Source of the DNA: Deltaproteobacteria bacterium TL4
GTDB taxonomy: Bacteria; SAR324; NAC60-12
Assembly (NCBI GenBank): GCA_051382335.1
Contig: JBBCAX010000022.1
Span: 1-45,176 of the forward strand
Direction of reading: 5' to 3'
DNA: 45,176 bases
A program made the position numbers and the translations under genes. Below are positions 9,572 through 19,035 of this stretch, piece by piece; the stretch's first letter is position 1; each line of letters starts with the position of its first letter. The notes beneath the pieces are model-generated. The model did no database searches, had not been told where the DNA came from, and saw only the letters and a program-made list of their open reading frames with translations.

Positions 9572-11575
9572 TCATGAATTGATGGCTTTTCGTAAATGTT
9601 TTAGTTCTTCCGTAAACCCTCCAGAAAGTATGGGGAAACGGCACCAGGTCTTAGGATCCAAATTTTCATCGTCAAGGTGAAATGAAGGGGCGTATCGTTC
9701 ACGTTTCCATTGATTACGACTCCATAAAATAAAAAACCGTTCCACATATTCAGCAAGTTGGGCAGGAGAACATTGAGGATCTTGGGAAAATTGGACTTGC
9801 AGGGTTTCCCAGACTTGCAGGGGCATTTTCCGATCACGAATTGCCGCTTTTTCGATCGCGTCCAAGATAATATAAGGCATGAGATCGGATTCGTCCGATT
9901 GCTCCGCTTCTTGGGGCCTCAATTCCGCGGTTGGTTGCTGTGAGGTTATTATTTTCAAAATTGGCAAGGGACCAATCGGAGAAAAACCTTCTTGTTCCAT
10001 CCAGCGCAGCCAACGCAGGATAAAAGCCTTATCAATTCCGGCAATAGGACTCAAGCCACCACAGGTATCCCCATCCATGGTAGCGTATCCAACAGCCGCT
10101 TCACTGCGATTACTTGTAGACAAAAGCAGCGCCTGATACACATTCGCCAGCATCCAGACACTAGGACCTCGAACTCGAGCCTGAATATTTTGCAGGGCAA
10201 GATCATCCTTTTCCCAGCTCAACGGACGTTCTAACACCGCTTCCATCCAATTCTGATAATGTGGAAGCACTTCACTGATTTTAAATTCCAAAAATCTGGC
10301 GTGAATCGCCTCACATAAACGACGGGCCGCCGAATATGTGGTCTCAGAGGAAAAATCACTGGCTTGATGCACCGTCAATAACAACTGATGCATCATTTCG
10401 GGAAGTTTCATTTTCTTCTTCGAGCGAAATGCGGGAATATGGGCGAGCTTACGGGAAAATTCCTTCCAACCTAATTCTTTCAGGGCCAGACGTACCATAA
10501 TGTAGATTAAAACAACCACGGTGGATGAATCCGCACCCCCACTGACTGAAACAACGAATCCACAACTACGTGTTTTTCTTAAATAATCCCACAAGCCCAA
10601 GGCCACCGCTTGGGAAAATTCTTCATATTTTAGACGAGGCGTGAGCACCACAGGACTGCTTGTAGGAAAGACAGGTTGCGATTTCCAAGGAAAAGAACAA
10701 AAAAAGCGACAGTGTGACTCCGTAACATCGGGGCAATAATTAGGATTTTTACGTCGTTGGAGGCGGTTTAATTCGGGATCCACCGTAGCCGTGGTTAGAA
10801 GCCAGTCCTGGTAAGAAAAACAGTCTCCTTGCGCCACAATGCCCTGATTTCCTGTCGCAATTAAGGTGGTCCCATCATAAATAATTCGTCCAGCTTCGCA
10901 ACCCATTAAATTACTATAAACATAAATGGTGTTGGTGACTCGTGCGCCTTCGGTAACAATTTGGCATCGAGTCTCAAATTGTTTAAATGCAAAATGACTG
11001 GCACTCGCATTCAGGATAACATCAATTCCCTGCGCAATCAGCCGAGTGCCCGGACGATTGGGAACCCAAGCATCTTCACATATCTCAAAACCCACCCTAA
11101 CCCCCTCCATATCAAAAACCAGATCCCCCAAGGGCACATCAAACTCTCGATATTTATACCGGGTTACCAGTCCCACAGGCCATGGTTTGAACCATCGGTT
11201 TTCATAATATAAATCCTGCCCGGCCAAAAATTGTTTCGCCACCAAGCCCTGAAGTTTGCCATCGCACACCCATGCCAAGGCATTATACATGACGTGATTG
11301 ACACACAGGGGTAATCCCAGCGCAACCCCGATATTTTTAGTCAAAGGGATGAGATCTTTCAGAACAGCAAAGGCCATTTCTGCTACGCCTGAGGAATGAA
11401 ACGCATCCTCACAGCCATAACCGGAAATACACAGTTCCGGTAAGCAAAGAATGGATACATGTTCTTTTTGAGCTTGTTTAATGGCCTTTCTGATGTTTTG
11501 CTGATTGCCAACCCAGTCTAGGGGTGTTTGATTCAGCGAGGCCCCACCTACTTTGATACAGGTTTGTGTTCTCAT
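9572..11575 (-). CDS. nadE: Glutamine-dependent NAD+ synthetase
   Basis: Nitrilase domain (PELCISGY, EICEDAW) plus synthetase domain (SGGADSS, QNIQARVR, NRSE, PTAEL). Confidence 0.96.
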   Translation of the reverse strand: MRTQTCIKVGGASLNQTPLDWVGNQQNIRKAIKQAQKEHVSILCLPELCISGYGCEDAFHSSGVAEMAFAVLKDLIPLTKNIGVALGLPLCVNHVMYNALAWVCDGKLQGLVAKQFLAGQDLYYENRWFKPWPVGLVTRYKYREFDVPLGDLVFDMEGVRVGFEICEDAWVPNRPGTRLIAQGIDVILNASASHFAFKQFETRCQIVTEGARVTNTIYVYSNLMGCEAGRIIYDGTTLIATGNQGIVAQGDCFSYQDWLLTTATVDPELNRLQRRKNPNYCPDVTESHCRFFCSFPWKSQPVFPTSSPVVLTPRLKYEEFSQAVALGLWDYLRKTRSCGFVVSVSGGADSSTVVVLIYIMVRLALKELGWKEFSRKLAHIPAFRSKKKMKLPEMMHQLLLTVHQASDFSSETTYSAARRLCEAIHARFLEFKISEVLPHYQNWMEAVLERPLSWEKDDLALQNIQARVRGPSVWMLANVYQALLLSTSNRSEAAVGYATMDGDTCGGLSPIAGIDKAFILRWLRWMEQEGFSPIGPLPILKIITSQQPTAELRPQEAEQSDESDLMPYIILDAIEKAAIRDRKMPLQVWETLQVQFSQDPQCSPAQLAEYVERFFILWSRNQWKRERYAPSFHLDDENLDPKTWCRFPILSGGFTEELKHLRKAINS

Positions 11576-12351
11576 GGTGTCTTTTCTTTAAATTGAAATA
11601 AATTTTTTGCGTTTTCATTGGTTTGTTGAGATAGTTTCTCCAAAGAAAGCCCCCACTCTGTCGCTAAAAATTGAGCAATGAGCGGAATGGTTGAAGGCTC
11701 GTTTGGCCTTCCCCGATTCGGCATCGGAGTTAAAAAAGGCGCATCGGTTTCTAAAAGCAGTCGATCCAGAGGAATTTCACGGATCACCCGCCTCAATTCC
11801 TCAGCCCCACGGAACGTTGCAATACCGTTGATGCCAATCAGCCAGCCCAACTCTAATAACTCTCCCAACATGAAGGCTGATCCGGTAAAGCTATGGGCAA
11901 CCCCTTTGCGAGTCACCGGATTTTCCTTGAGAATTGCCAAGGTGTCGTATTCCGCTTCCCGAGTATGTAACACCACAGGAAGTTGCAAGTCCTCCGCAAT
12001 TTGCAGTTGCTGACGAAAAACCCGCTGCTGGATTTCTTGGGAGGAATGCATATAGTGATAGTCCAGACCTGTTTCACCAATGGCGACAATTTTATCCACA
12101 GAGTGAGCCAGATTACGGATTTGAGATACGACTTCCGGGTTGAAATACTTGGCTTCATGGGGATGAATCCCCACACTGCCATAAACCGAAGCCCATTGTT
12201 TTACAGCATATTCCACGAAAGCCAAGGAGGGAATATCCACGCCAATCGTCACAAGAAGCTCTACTTGAGCCGCTTTTGCTTTTTGAATCGCAACTTCTGG
12301 ATCGATCTTTAACAGATCCAAGTGGCAATGTGTGTCAATAAAACTTGTCAT
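11572..12351 (-). CDS. TatD-family nuclease
   Basis: IDTHCH, GIHPH, IGETGLDY, LHTRE, LETDAP. Confidence 0.95.
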   Translation of the reverse strand: MTSFIDTHCHLDLLKIDPEVAIQKAKAAQVELLVTIGVDIPSLAFVEYAVKQWASVYGSVGIHPHEAKYFNPEVVSQIRNLAHSVDKIVAIGETGLDYHYMHSSQEIQQRVFRQQLQIAEDLQLPVVLHTREAEYDTLAILKENPVTRKGVAHSFTGSAFMLGELLELGWLIGINGIATFRGAEELRRVIREIPLDRLLLETDAPFLTPMPNRGRPNEPSTIPLIAQFLATEWGLSLEKLSQQTNENAKNLFQFKEKTP

Positions 12352-12403
12352 GGTTTTATAAAATACGTTAAACTATTAAAGAGGATCGTACCTATTCGCC
12401 GAA

Positions 12404-12573
12404 TCCCGTTCTTTCTATAAAGCACCAGTCTTGAGGCTTCTGAACCTGGGTTCCCAGTGAGACGTGAGGAATGCGATACATGAGTGGACGAATGCTTAGC
12501 CGTGAATGAGATACTGATGAGATAAACAAATTAGTGCTCACTTTCAATCTGAAAGTCCAAAAGATCACGAGGA
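12404..12573 (-). ncRNA. Candidate structured non-coding RNA, identity unknown
   Basis: Nested imperfect stems that pair better on the minus strand through G-U pairs. Contains CACUGGGAACCCAGGUUCAG, loosely like the 3' part of 6S RNAs. Confidence 0.22.
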
Positions 12574-12619
12574 AGTTGATGATAACCTTGTTCATTCTGC
12601 TTTATACTGTTACAACTCA

Positions 12620-12648
12620 TTGAGTTAAGTTCCGAGTTGAGGTATAAT
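12620..12648 (+). promoter_or_regulatory. Putative sigma70 promoter for the bor-like/rnc unit
   Basis: TTGAGT-N17-TATAAT. Confidence 0.55.
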
Positions 12649-12731
12649 CCTGGCAAGGTTAGGATCACAAGAAGCTAAGCCTGAGCTGAAACTGACGCTA
12701 GAACCATAAAATAATCAAGAAGAAAGAAAAA

Positions 12732-13031
12732 ATGCGGAACACTTTTTTACTGTGGCTTGCGGGTTTCATTGCGGCAGGGCTGATGACAGGATGTTATACC
12801 GTCAAGTTTTATAATGATACCCACCCCTTGGCCGCAGAGCCAGATGGAGTGCTTGAGGTCAGCAGTACCATTTTTGCGACAACAGTAGCCAAGGGCCCTG
12901 CCGTTTTAAGGCAAATCTGTCCCAGCGGAGTCTCAAAAGTGGAAGTTCAGCAAAGCCTCAAGAATGGGATTTCCCATTACTTAAGTCTAGGGTTCTATAG
13001 CCCTCAAACCCTGAAGATTTGGTGCCGATAA
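12732..13031 (+). CDS. Bor/Iss-family lipoprotein
   Basis: Lipobox MTGC; C-terminal IC..G...VE.QQS..NG......LGFYSPQT..IWC pattern as in lambda Bor. Confidence 0.8.
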   Translation: MRNTFLLWLAGFIAAGLMTGCYTVKFYNDTHPLAAEPDGVLEVSSTIFATTVAKGPAVLRQICPSGVSKVEVQQSLKNGISHYLSLGFYSPQTLKIWCR

Positions 13032-13048
13032 TAAAAATGTTGTAACGG

Positions 13049-13142
13049 TTTAATCACAGATTATCGCATAGACTTTGCCAAGACTTGCGGCAATCTGTGG
13101 CTAAATAAAAGGCAATAATGCTAATAACATATCTCTGTGATT
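13049..13142 (+). promoter_or_regulatory. Long stem-loop in the rnc leader, with an alternative pairing near the start codon
   Basis: CACAGATT (13055-62) pairs with AATCTGTG (13092-99), extended by TCGCA/TGCGG. AATCACAGA (13052-60) can instead pair with TCTGTGATT (13134-42). Confidence 0.55.
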
Positions 13143-13152
13143 TGAATAGGCC

Positions 13153-13860
13153 ATGTTTGAAATTTTATGTCAGAAATTACAATATCAATTCACCAATGGT
13201 TCACTCTTACAGCAAGCATTAACTCATAAATCGCATAGTCACGATAAGCAGTTGAACAATGAACGCCTCGAATTTTTGGGGGATGCCGTATTAGATTTGG
13301 TGATCAGTGAACTTTTGATGAAAAACTTTCCTCGCGTATCTGAAGGCGATCTTTCAAAAATCCGCGCTTCTTTGGTCAATGAGGCCGGATTGAATAAAAT
13401 CGCACAGTCTATCGATTTAGGTACGTTTCTGTTGATGGGCAAAGGCGAAGAGTTAACAGGAGGAAGAAGCAAATCTTCGTTACTCGCTGATGCCATAGAG
13501 GCTATCATTGCGGCAATCTATATCGATAGTCGGGATCAAAAAGGACTGGATTCGGTTCGACAAGTGATTACTCTTTTATTTCAAAGTGAAATACCTAAAA
13601 ATCTAGATGATTTTTCGGTTAGAGACTACAAAACGGAACTTCAGGAATATGTCCAAAAACATTACCGCAGTCTCGCGACCTATGAACTCCTTTATGAATG
13701 TGGACCTGATCACCAGAAAGAGTTTGAAATGGCCGTCATGATTGATGGTAAAGAATATGGAAAAGGCCGTGGCATGAGTAAAAAACAAGCTGAGCAAGTA
13801 GCAGCACAACAAGCAATAGAACGCCTTTCCCAGGAACGTTCTTTATCACATACCCCCTAA
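13153..13860 (+). CDS. rnc: Ribonuclease III
   Basis: NERLEFLGDAVL signature; dsRBD with DYKTELQE, GPDH, SKKQAEQ. Confidence 0.98.
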   Translation: MFEILCQKLQYQFTNGSLLQQALTHKSHSHDKQLNNERLEFLGDAVLDLVISELLMKNFPRVSEGDLSKIRASLVNEAGLNKIAQSIDLGTFLLMGKGEELTGGRSKSSLLADAIEAIIAAIYIDSRDQKGLDSVRQVITLLFQSEIPKNLDDFSVRDYKTELQEYVQKHYRSLATYELLYECGPDHQKEFEMAVMIDGKEYGKGRGMSKKQAEQVAAQQAIERLSQERSLSHTP

Positions 13861-13874
13861 TATTGTTTCGTCTT

Positions 13875-14615
13875 ATGAAAAAATTTCAAATTTCAGAAAG
13901 TATCCGGATCCAAAAGGTGATCTCCCAAGCAGGTGTTGCCTCTCGTCGAGAGGCCGAACGTTTAATCTTACAAGGTGAAGTGACTTTAAATGGAAAGGTC
14001 GTTTCTACACTAGGAGAACGAATGATTCCCGGAGTAGACTTCCTTGAAGTCTCTGGACAGAAAATTCACAATCCTCAAAAAATAGAACGTGTGGTCTATG
14101 CGCTCAATAAGCCCAGAAATTGCATTACGACTTTAGACGACCCCGAAGGCAGAACAACCATTAAAGATTTTTTTCCTGAAACTAATAAACGACTTTTCCC
14201 TGTGGGACGGTTAGATTATGACGCGGAAGGTTTGATTTTGATTACTAATGATGGTGAGTTTGCCAATCAGATGATGCATCCGCATTATAAAGTCTGGAAA
14301 AGTTATTTTGTTAAAGTTAAAGGCATCGTTGCCCCTAAGTCCCTATATCCTTTAAAGAAAGGGCCGGTGATCCATAAGCAAAAGCATCTTCCTGTAAAAG
14401 TGAAAGTTTTGCATAATATCAATAACAAAACCTGGCTTGATGTCTCTTTACAACAAGGAACGAATCAACAAATTAAAAAGATGTTCGCACAGTTGGGATA
14501 CAATGTTGAAAAAATTAAGCGTTATCGTATTGGTGAAATTACTCTCGAGGAATTAATGCCCGGACAATCACGGAAGTTATCCAAAGAAGATATTTCAAAA
14601 TTGATTACAAACTAG
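13875..14615 (+). CDS. RsuA/RluB-family rRNA pseudouridine synthase
   Basis: S4 domain (QKVISQAGVASRREAE), LNKP, VGRLD catalytic Asp. ORF is open from 13863. Confidence 0.92.
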   Translation: MKKFQISESIRIQKVISQAGVASRREAERLILQGEVTLNGKVVSTLGERMIPGVDFLEVSGQKIHNPQKIERVVYALNKPRNCITTLDDPEGRTTIKDFFPETNKRLFPVGRLDYDAEGLILITNDGEFANQMMHPHYKVWKSYFVKVKGIVAPKSLYPLKKGPVIHKQKHLPVKVKVLHNINNKTWLDVSLQQGTNQQIKKMFAQLGYNVEKIKRYRIGEITLEELMPGQSRKLSKEDISKLITN

Positions 14616-14732
14616 TCGCTATCGCGAAATAGTTCTTATCCGTTGGGTGAAAGGATTAGCTTAATTAAAAGCCTGATCGTGTCTCTAGTAAGCTAATACC
14701 TAAGTCTAACGGATAAAGACTGATTGAGCGAC
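14615..14732 (+). other. About 118-nt imperfect hairpin filling the intergenic region
   Basis: GTCGCT/AGCGAC, TTATCCGTTG/TAACGGATAA and ATTAGCTTA/TAAGCTAAT nested symmetrically. Confidence 0.75.
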
Positions 14733-14753
14733 AGTTCCTGACCAGGAGGAGTT

Positions 14754-16409
14754 GTGGTTGCTACCTCACTTTACCAAATTCGGGTTAAAGATGGTAAAGT
14801 CTTGCTTCGAATTGCCAGTGCGAATACAAGCGAAAATGCGGATTTGAATCAAATCGAAAGTGAGCTTTATGATCTGGATGTTGATTTTCAACCAGAAAGG
14901 CTCTTGGAGATTTATCAAAAGCAAAGTGGACAATATGAGGTTCTATGTGATGAGCTGAATACTGAGTATCAACTCCAGGTTGAGATCTCTAAGGATGAAA
15001 TGAAAGCCTACTTGACGATCATTCCTCCGATGCATGCTGGCCATGATTCACTCACGATGGAAAGAATCAATCAAGTCTTGTTGGAGGCGGAGATCGGCCA
15101 GGGGATTCAGTATTCGATACTGGAAAAAATGATTGATGACCATATTGATAACGAGCCTGTTTTGATCGCCCTAGGCCAATACCCTGAAGATGGAAGCGAT
15201 GGTTTTCTGCAATTAGCGGTTGATCCCTCCAATAACACAACAAATAATCCTCAGCCTATTGATATTCTTGAGTTAAATTTATTGAAGCCTGTTATTGAGG
15301 GCCAGCATCTGGTTTCTTTCGTTCCTCCAACTGAAGGCAAAAATGGTTATACCGTTACAGGCAGAAACCTTAAAGCACGACCAGGCAAGAAATCACAGCT
15401 CTATCCGGGACGTAATACTCGCTATGATGCGGAACGCGAATGCATCATTGCTACCAAAGCGGGTCACATGTGTGTTAAAGGGAAAACAGTCATCGTGGAC
15501 AAGCTCTATGAAGTGGAGAATGTTGACTCCACAACCGGTAACATCCGCTTCGATGGAATATTAAGAGTGAAAGGAAATATTGAAGATTCTTTTTCTGTTG
15601 AAGTAACGACTTTGATTGAAGTTCATGGTTCTGTAGGCAAAGCAAAAATCAAAACCCTTGGTGATATAAGAGTGGAACAAGGTATTATTGGAGGAAAATT
15701 TAAAGTCAGTGGAACCATACAAGCAGGTTACGTTTCTAATGCATGGTTGGAAGCCGGTGAGAATATTGTAATTCGAGAATATATCTTAAATTCCAAGGTT
15801 TCAGCAGGTAAGGCGCTTTGTCTTCTTGGTAAAAAGGGCTATATTTCTGGAGGAGAATGTCATGCGGGATATTTGCTTAAGGCACCCAATGCGGGATCAG
15901 CAGATAAAAAAATTCCTACCATCCTTGATGTGGGGATCCCTCCTGAGTATCGAAGTGATTTTCATCAGTTTGACCAACAATTTGAAAAAAATTTTTCAAA
16001 TTTTGAAACTCTGAAGAAAAACCTTTTGATCTTACAAAAAAAACGTGGAAAACAAAGACTGTTGTCTGAAGCACAGGAAACCCTGTTTCAAAAAATGCAG
16101 GATGGTGCGATCGGAACACTAATCACTACGGTTCGAAATCTTCGTGAGTGGAACCATATGGAAGAAACGATCCGAATTGGTAAAGAACATCAGGGTGGAG
16201 CCGTTTTAATTACAGGAGAGATTCAACCGGGATGTGTGATTAAAATTTCACGCATGATATATAACGTGAATCAGCCCATTTCCAACTCCGCATTCGTTTT
16301 TTTACAAGATGCTGTTTACTCACGTCCCTTGGATGAATTCTATTCCAAATTCAAAAAATTTTTGATCCCTCTGGAAAATAGATTTAGACCTCGTTCTAAA
16401 ACAAATTGA
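14754..16409 (+). CDS. FapA/DUF342-family protein
   Basis: ISKDEMKAYL, G..P.DG.DG, PPTEGKNGYTVTG, VD..TGNIRFDG, GGE...G beta-helix region, coiled coil. GTG start after SD AGGAGG. Confidence 0.88.
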   Translation: MVATSLYQIRVKDGKVLLRIASANTSENADLNQIESELYDLDVDFQPERLLEIYQKQSGQYEVLCDELNTEYQLQVEISKDEMKAYLTIIPPMHAGHDSLTMERINQVLLEAEIGQGIQYSILEKMIDDHIDNEPVLIALGQYPEDGSDGFLQLAVDPSNNTTNNPQPIDILELNLLKPVIEGQHLVSFVPPTEGKNGYTVTGRNLKARPGKKSQLYPGRNTRYDAERECIIATKAGHMCVKGKTVIVDKLYEVENVDSTTGNIRFDGILRVKGNIEDSFSVEVTTLIEVHGSVGKAKIKTLGDIRVEQGIIGGKFKVSGTIQAGYVSNAWLEAGENIVIREYILNSKVSAGKALCLLGKKGYISGGECHAGYLLKAPNAGSADKKIPTILDVGIPPEYRSDFHQFDQQFEKNFSNFETLKKNLLILQKKRGKQRLLSEAQETLFQKMQDGAIGTLITTVRNLREWNHMEETIRIGKEHQGGAVLITGEIQPGCVIKISRMIYNVNQPISNSAFVFLQDAVYSRPLDEFYSKFKKFLIPLENRFRPRSKTN

Positions 16410-16478
16410 TAGAAGATTTCTTGTGTCGTTGCATTTCACGGGAGTCATAAATTTTTAATGTTTACGTATAAATGAGAC

Positions 16479-17318
16479 ATGCCTGCGATTAGTGCCAAAG
16501 AAGTGGAACGTCGAGTCAATCGACAAGAAACGTTCAGGAAAATGGATATACGAAACCTTAATTTAGAGGATCAGGTCCTGAGTGGAGGAGTGTTTAGAGA
16601 TTGCTCCTTTGCGGGAAGTTCCTTAAATGGTGTTGTATTGGATGGTGCTATTCTGGAACAATGTAACTTGAGTAATTGCCAGATTGAATGGGGCAGTTTC
16701 CAGGAAGCCGCTTTAATTGAGTGTGATTTAAGCAACAGTAATTTAGAAGGAGCAAACTTTGTTGAGGCAAATTTAAGAGGATCGACCTTTTATCGGACCA
16801 ATTTGGTTGGAGCCAATTTAGACCGTGCATCTCTGATTCAAGTGAAAGCACAGCTCAGCAATCTTTCCCAAACCTCACTGTACGCTACCATAATGAATGA
16901 AGCGCAATTAGTCATTTGTGACTTCACTGCCTGTGATGCCATGCAGCTTTCCGCTTCCCGTGTCGATTTTTCTGGTTCTGTATTTCAGGGGTCGAAGTTG
17001 GATCATTGTAAGCTGCATCAATGTAATTTTAGTTTCTGTGACCTTTCTGTTGCCTCGTTGATTGGCAGTGATGCTTATGAGTCCAACTTTTTTGCGACAC
17101 TGCTCAACAACGCCCGTTTTACCAGGGCCAATTTACAGCAAACCCATTTCATGCGTGCCAAGGTTCAAAACACCTTACTCAACAAGGCCAATCTACAAGG
17201 CGCTATTTTAATTGAAGCAAATTTTAGTGGTTCCAACTTTGATGATTCCTTTTTGGGAGACATTATTGAACAGGATGCGATCTATGAAGGGGCCAGTTTT
17301 AACAACACCCGACGATAA
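16479..17318 (+). CDS. Pentapeptide repeat protein
   Basis: Continuous A(N/D)(L/F)xx repeats. Confidence 0.93.
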   Translation: MPAISAKEVERRVNRQETFRKMDIRNLNLEDQVLSGGVFRDCSFAGSSLNGVVLDGAILEQCNLSNCQIEWGSFQEAALIECDLSNSNLEGANFVEANLRGSTFYRTNLVGANLDRASLIQVKAQLSNLSQTSLYATIMNEAQLVICDFTACDAMQLSASRVDFSGSVFQGSKLDHCKLHQCNFSFCDLSVASLIGSDAYESNFFATLLNNARFTRANLQQTHFMRAKVQNTLLNKANLQGAILIEANFSGSNFDDSFLGDIIEQDAIYEGASFNNTRR

Positions 17319-17321
17319 ACT

Positions 17322-17774
17322 ATGTACCTTTGTAAAATCATTTTAACAGGAATGCTCCTTATGAGCGCAATCAGTGCGCAAGCAGAGTATCGCGCCTATG
17401 AACTTGAGATTTTTGATCGTATTCAGAGAAAATCAGAAGTGGTGATTACGTCTTTTTCACCGAATGACTATATACTGAGTAATGGAGGGCCTCAAAGAGT
17501 TGGTGTGATTATTCGTGCTTCATGGATATGCTATGGAGATACTTCGGACTATAAACAGGTCTGCCCCCAACCACAACCTGTCAATCCCCGCTTTAATATA
17601 GGAGATCGCGTGCAGATTATTCTGAAACCTCACATTACCGACCAATGGATCGGTGTTGTAGAGAATATTTTTTTCCGTCCTGACTTAAAGAGCAACGTCT
17701 ATGGTGTACGATTCCCCCAAAACAAAAACCTGTACACCCGCTACTACGAAGCACATCTCAACAAAGCCCCCTGA
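17322..17774 (+). CDS. Hypothetical secreted protein with possible C-terminal SH3/KOW-like domain
   Basis: Signal peptide AQA; FNIGDRVQI...GVVE...YGVRF. Confidence 0.65.
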   Translation: MYLCKIILTGMLLMSAISAQAEYRAYELEIFDRIQRKSEVVITSFSPNDYILSNGGPQRVGVIIRASWICYGDTSDYKQVCPQPQPVNPRFNIGDRVQIILKPHITDQWIGVVENIFFRPDLKSNVYGVRFPQNKNLYTRYYEAHLNKAP

Positions 17775-17779
17775 AAATC

Positions 17780-17808
17780 CAGGAAGAGCGATGAGGTTTT
17801 CCTTCCTG
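17780..17808. terminator. Possible terminator hairpin between convergent genes
   Basis: CAGGAAG...CTTCCTG followed by TTT. Confidence 0.35.
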
Positions 17809-17809
17809 T

Positions 17810-18979
17810 TTACTTTTTCTGTGCGGCATATTCAGATGGAATCAAATACTTGACACCTGTAGCTAATTCAAAAACATACTTTTGCGGTTCGCACTTGTCC
17901 AAGGATAATTTCTTACAATCAGCGTTCTCTACAGGATTTAAGGCATGCGTCGTCACAACCGTAAGTTTCTTGAGGCTTGTTCCTGTGCTTTTAATCTGAT
18001 CCAACAGCTCATCTAACACTGTTTCCGCTGCCTTGTTTCTAATCTCTCCTTCCTTAATCACTACTGCCCCAGTTTCCTGTCCCACATTTTGACCTCGTAC
18101 AATCATGGGAAAACCTGACGCAGCGGTAAAAAGCTGATCATTGACTTCAACGCGAAGAATTTCAACAGCGGCAGTAACCCTCGATTCAATAACTTGGACC
18201 ATGGAAGCCTTAGGACACGGTCGTGCAGTGGCCTCACTGTCGGTAGAGAGCGCACCCAGATTATCTGATTCGAGACATTTTTTTGCGGGGCTATAGACGG
18301 CACAGCCTTTGGGCATTCGTTTTTTAGCCTGAGCACAAGCCCTCTGCATCGTGAGTATATTTCCAGCCTTTGTCCATTTTTCCAATTCATCGGCGCTCTT
18401 AAAGGCCTGATTGGTGAATCCATAATACAATGCTGAATTCTTTTCTTTCTCTGCGCCTGCTACGGCACTGTCTTTTTCTTTGGAAAGATCGCCTATTGTC
18501 AGAACTTTAAACCTGGGAATCAGAGAGATGATTTGAAAGCCACCACTGATATTGGGAACGAGAACCTCGGCGTACTGTTTTCCCACCAATTCACTCAATT
18601 GCATCACTGTGATAAATTCTGTCGCCCCTCCCAAATCAGAACTCAACTGGTCTGAGATCGTAACATCTTTTCCGTTTTTCTGTTCTTCTACAGTATCTAA
18701 ACTCTCATTAACGCTATAAGGTCTTTTATGAACAATAAAGGGAAGCGCACCGATGACAAAACTTTCAAACTTATTCACCGCTTCAGATTCTTGGGCATTG
18801 GGTGCAAGAGGAGTTTTACGACCCGTCGCTGGCATAATCCCCAATTGAAGTTTCAAAGCCCGAATATCAATTTGGACTTTCTTGGTTGGAGTTGCCGGAT
18901 CCTCTCCACATCCCCAAAGTAGCGTAAGTGCTATTCCTCCCAAAAACATGATACTCAAGAGGTATAATCGCTTTTTCAT
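17810..18979 (-). CDS. Hypothetical lipoprotein with six further cysteines
   Basis: MKKR signal and lipobox LWGC; no family recognised. Confidence 0.75.
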   Translation of the reverse strand: MKKRLYLLSIMFLGGIALTLLWGCGEDPATPTKKVQIDIRALKLQLGIMPATGRKTPLAPNAQESEAVNKFESFVIGALPFIVHKRPYSVNESLDTVEEQKNGKDVTISDQLSSDLGGATEFITVMQLSELVGKQYAEVLVPNISGGFQIISLIPRFKVLTIGDLSKEKDSAVAGAEKEKNSALYYGFTNQAFKSADELEKWTKAGNILTMQRACAQAKKRMPKGCAVYSPAKKCLESDNLGALSTDSEATARPCPKASMVQVIESRVTAAVEILRVEVNDQLFTAASGFPMIVRGQNVGQETGAVVIKEGEIRNKAAETVLDELLDQIKSTGTSLKKLTVVTTHALNPVENADCKKLSLDKCEPQKYVFELATGVKYLIPSEYAAQKK

Positions 18980-19035
18980 GACCTTACCTTTTTGTGTGAA
19001 GTTATTAATTTTAGCTTAGAGAACGAAGGTTCTTC

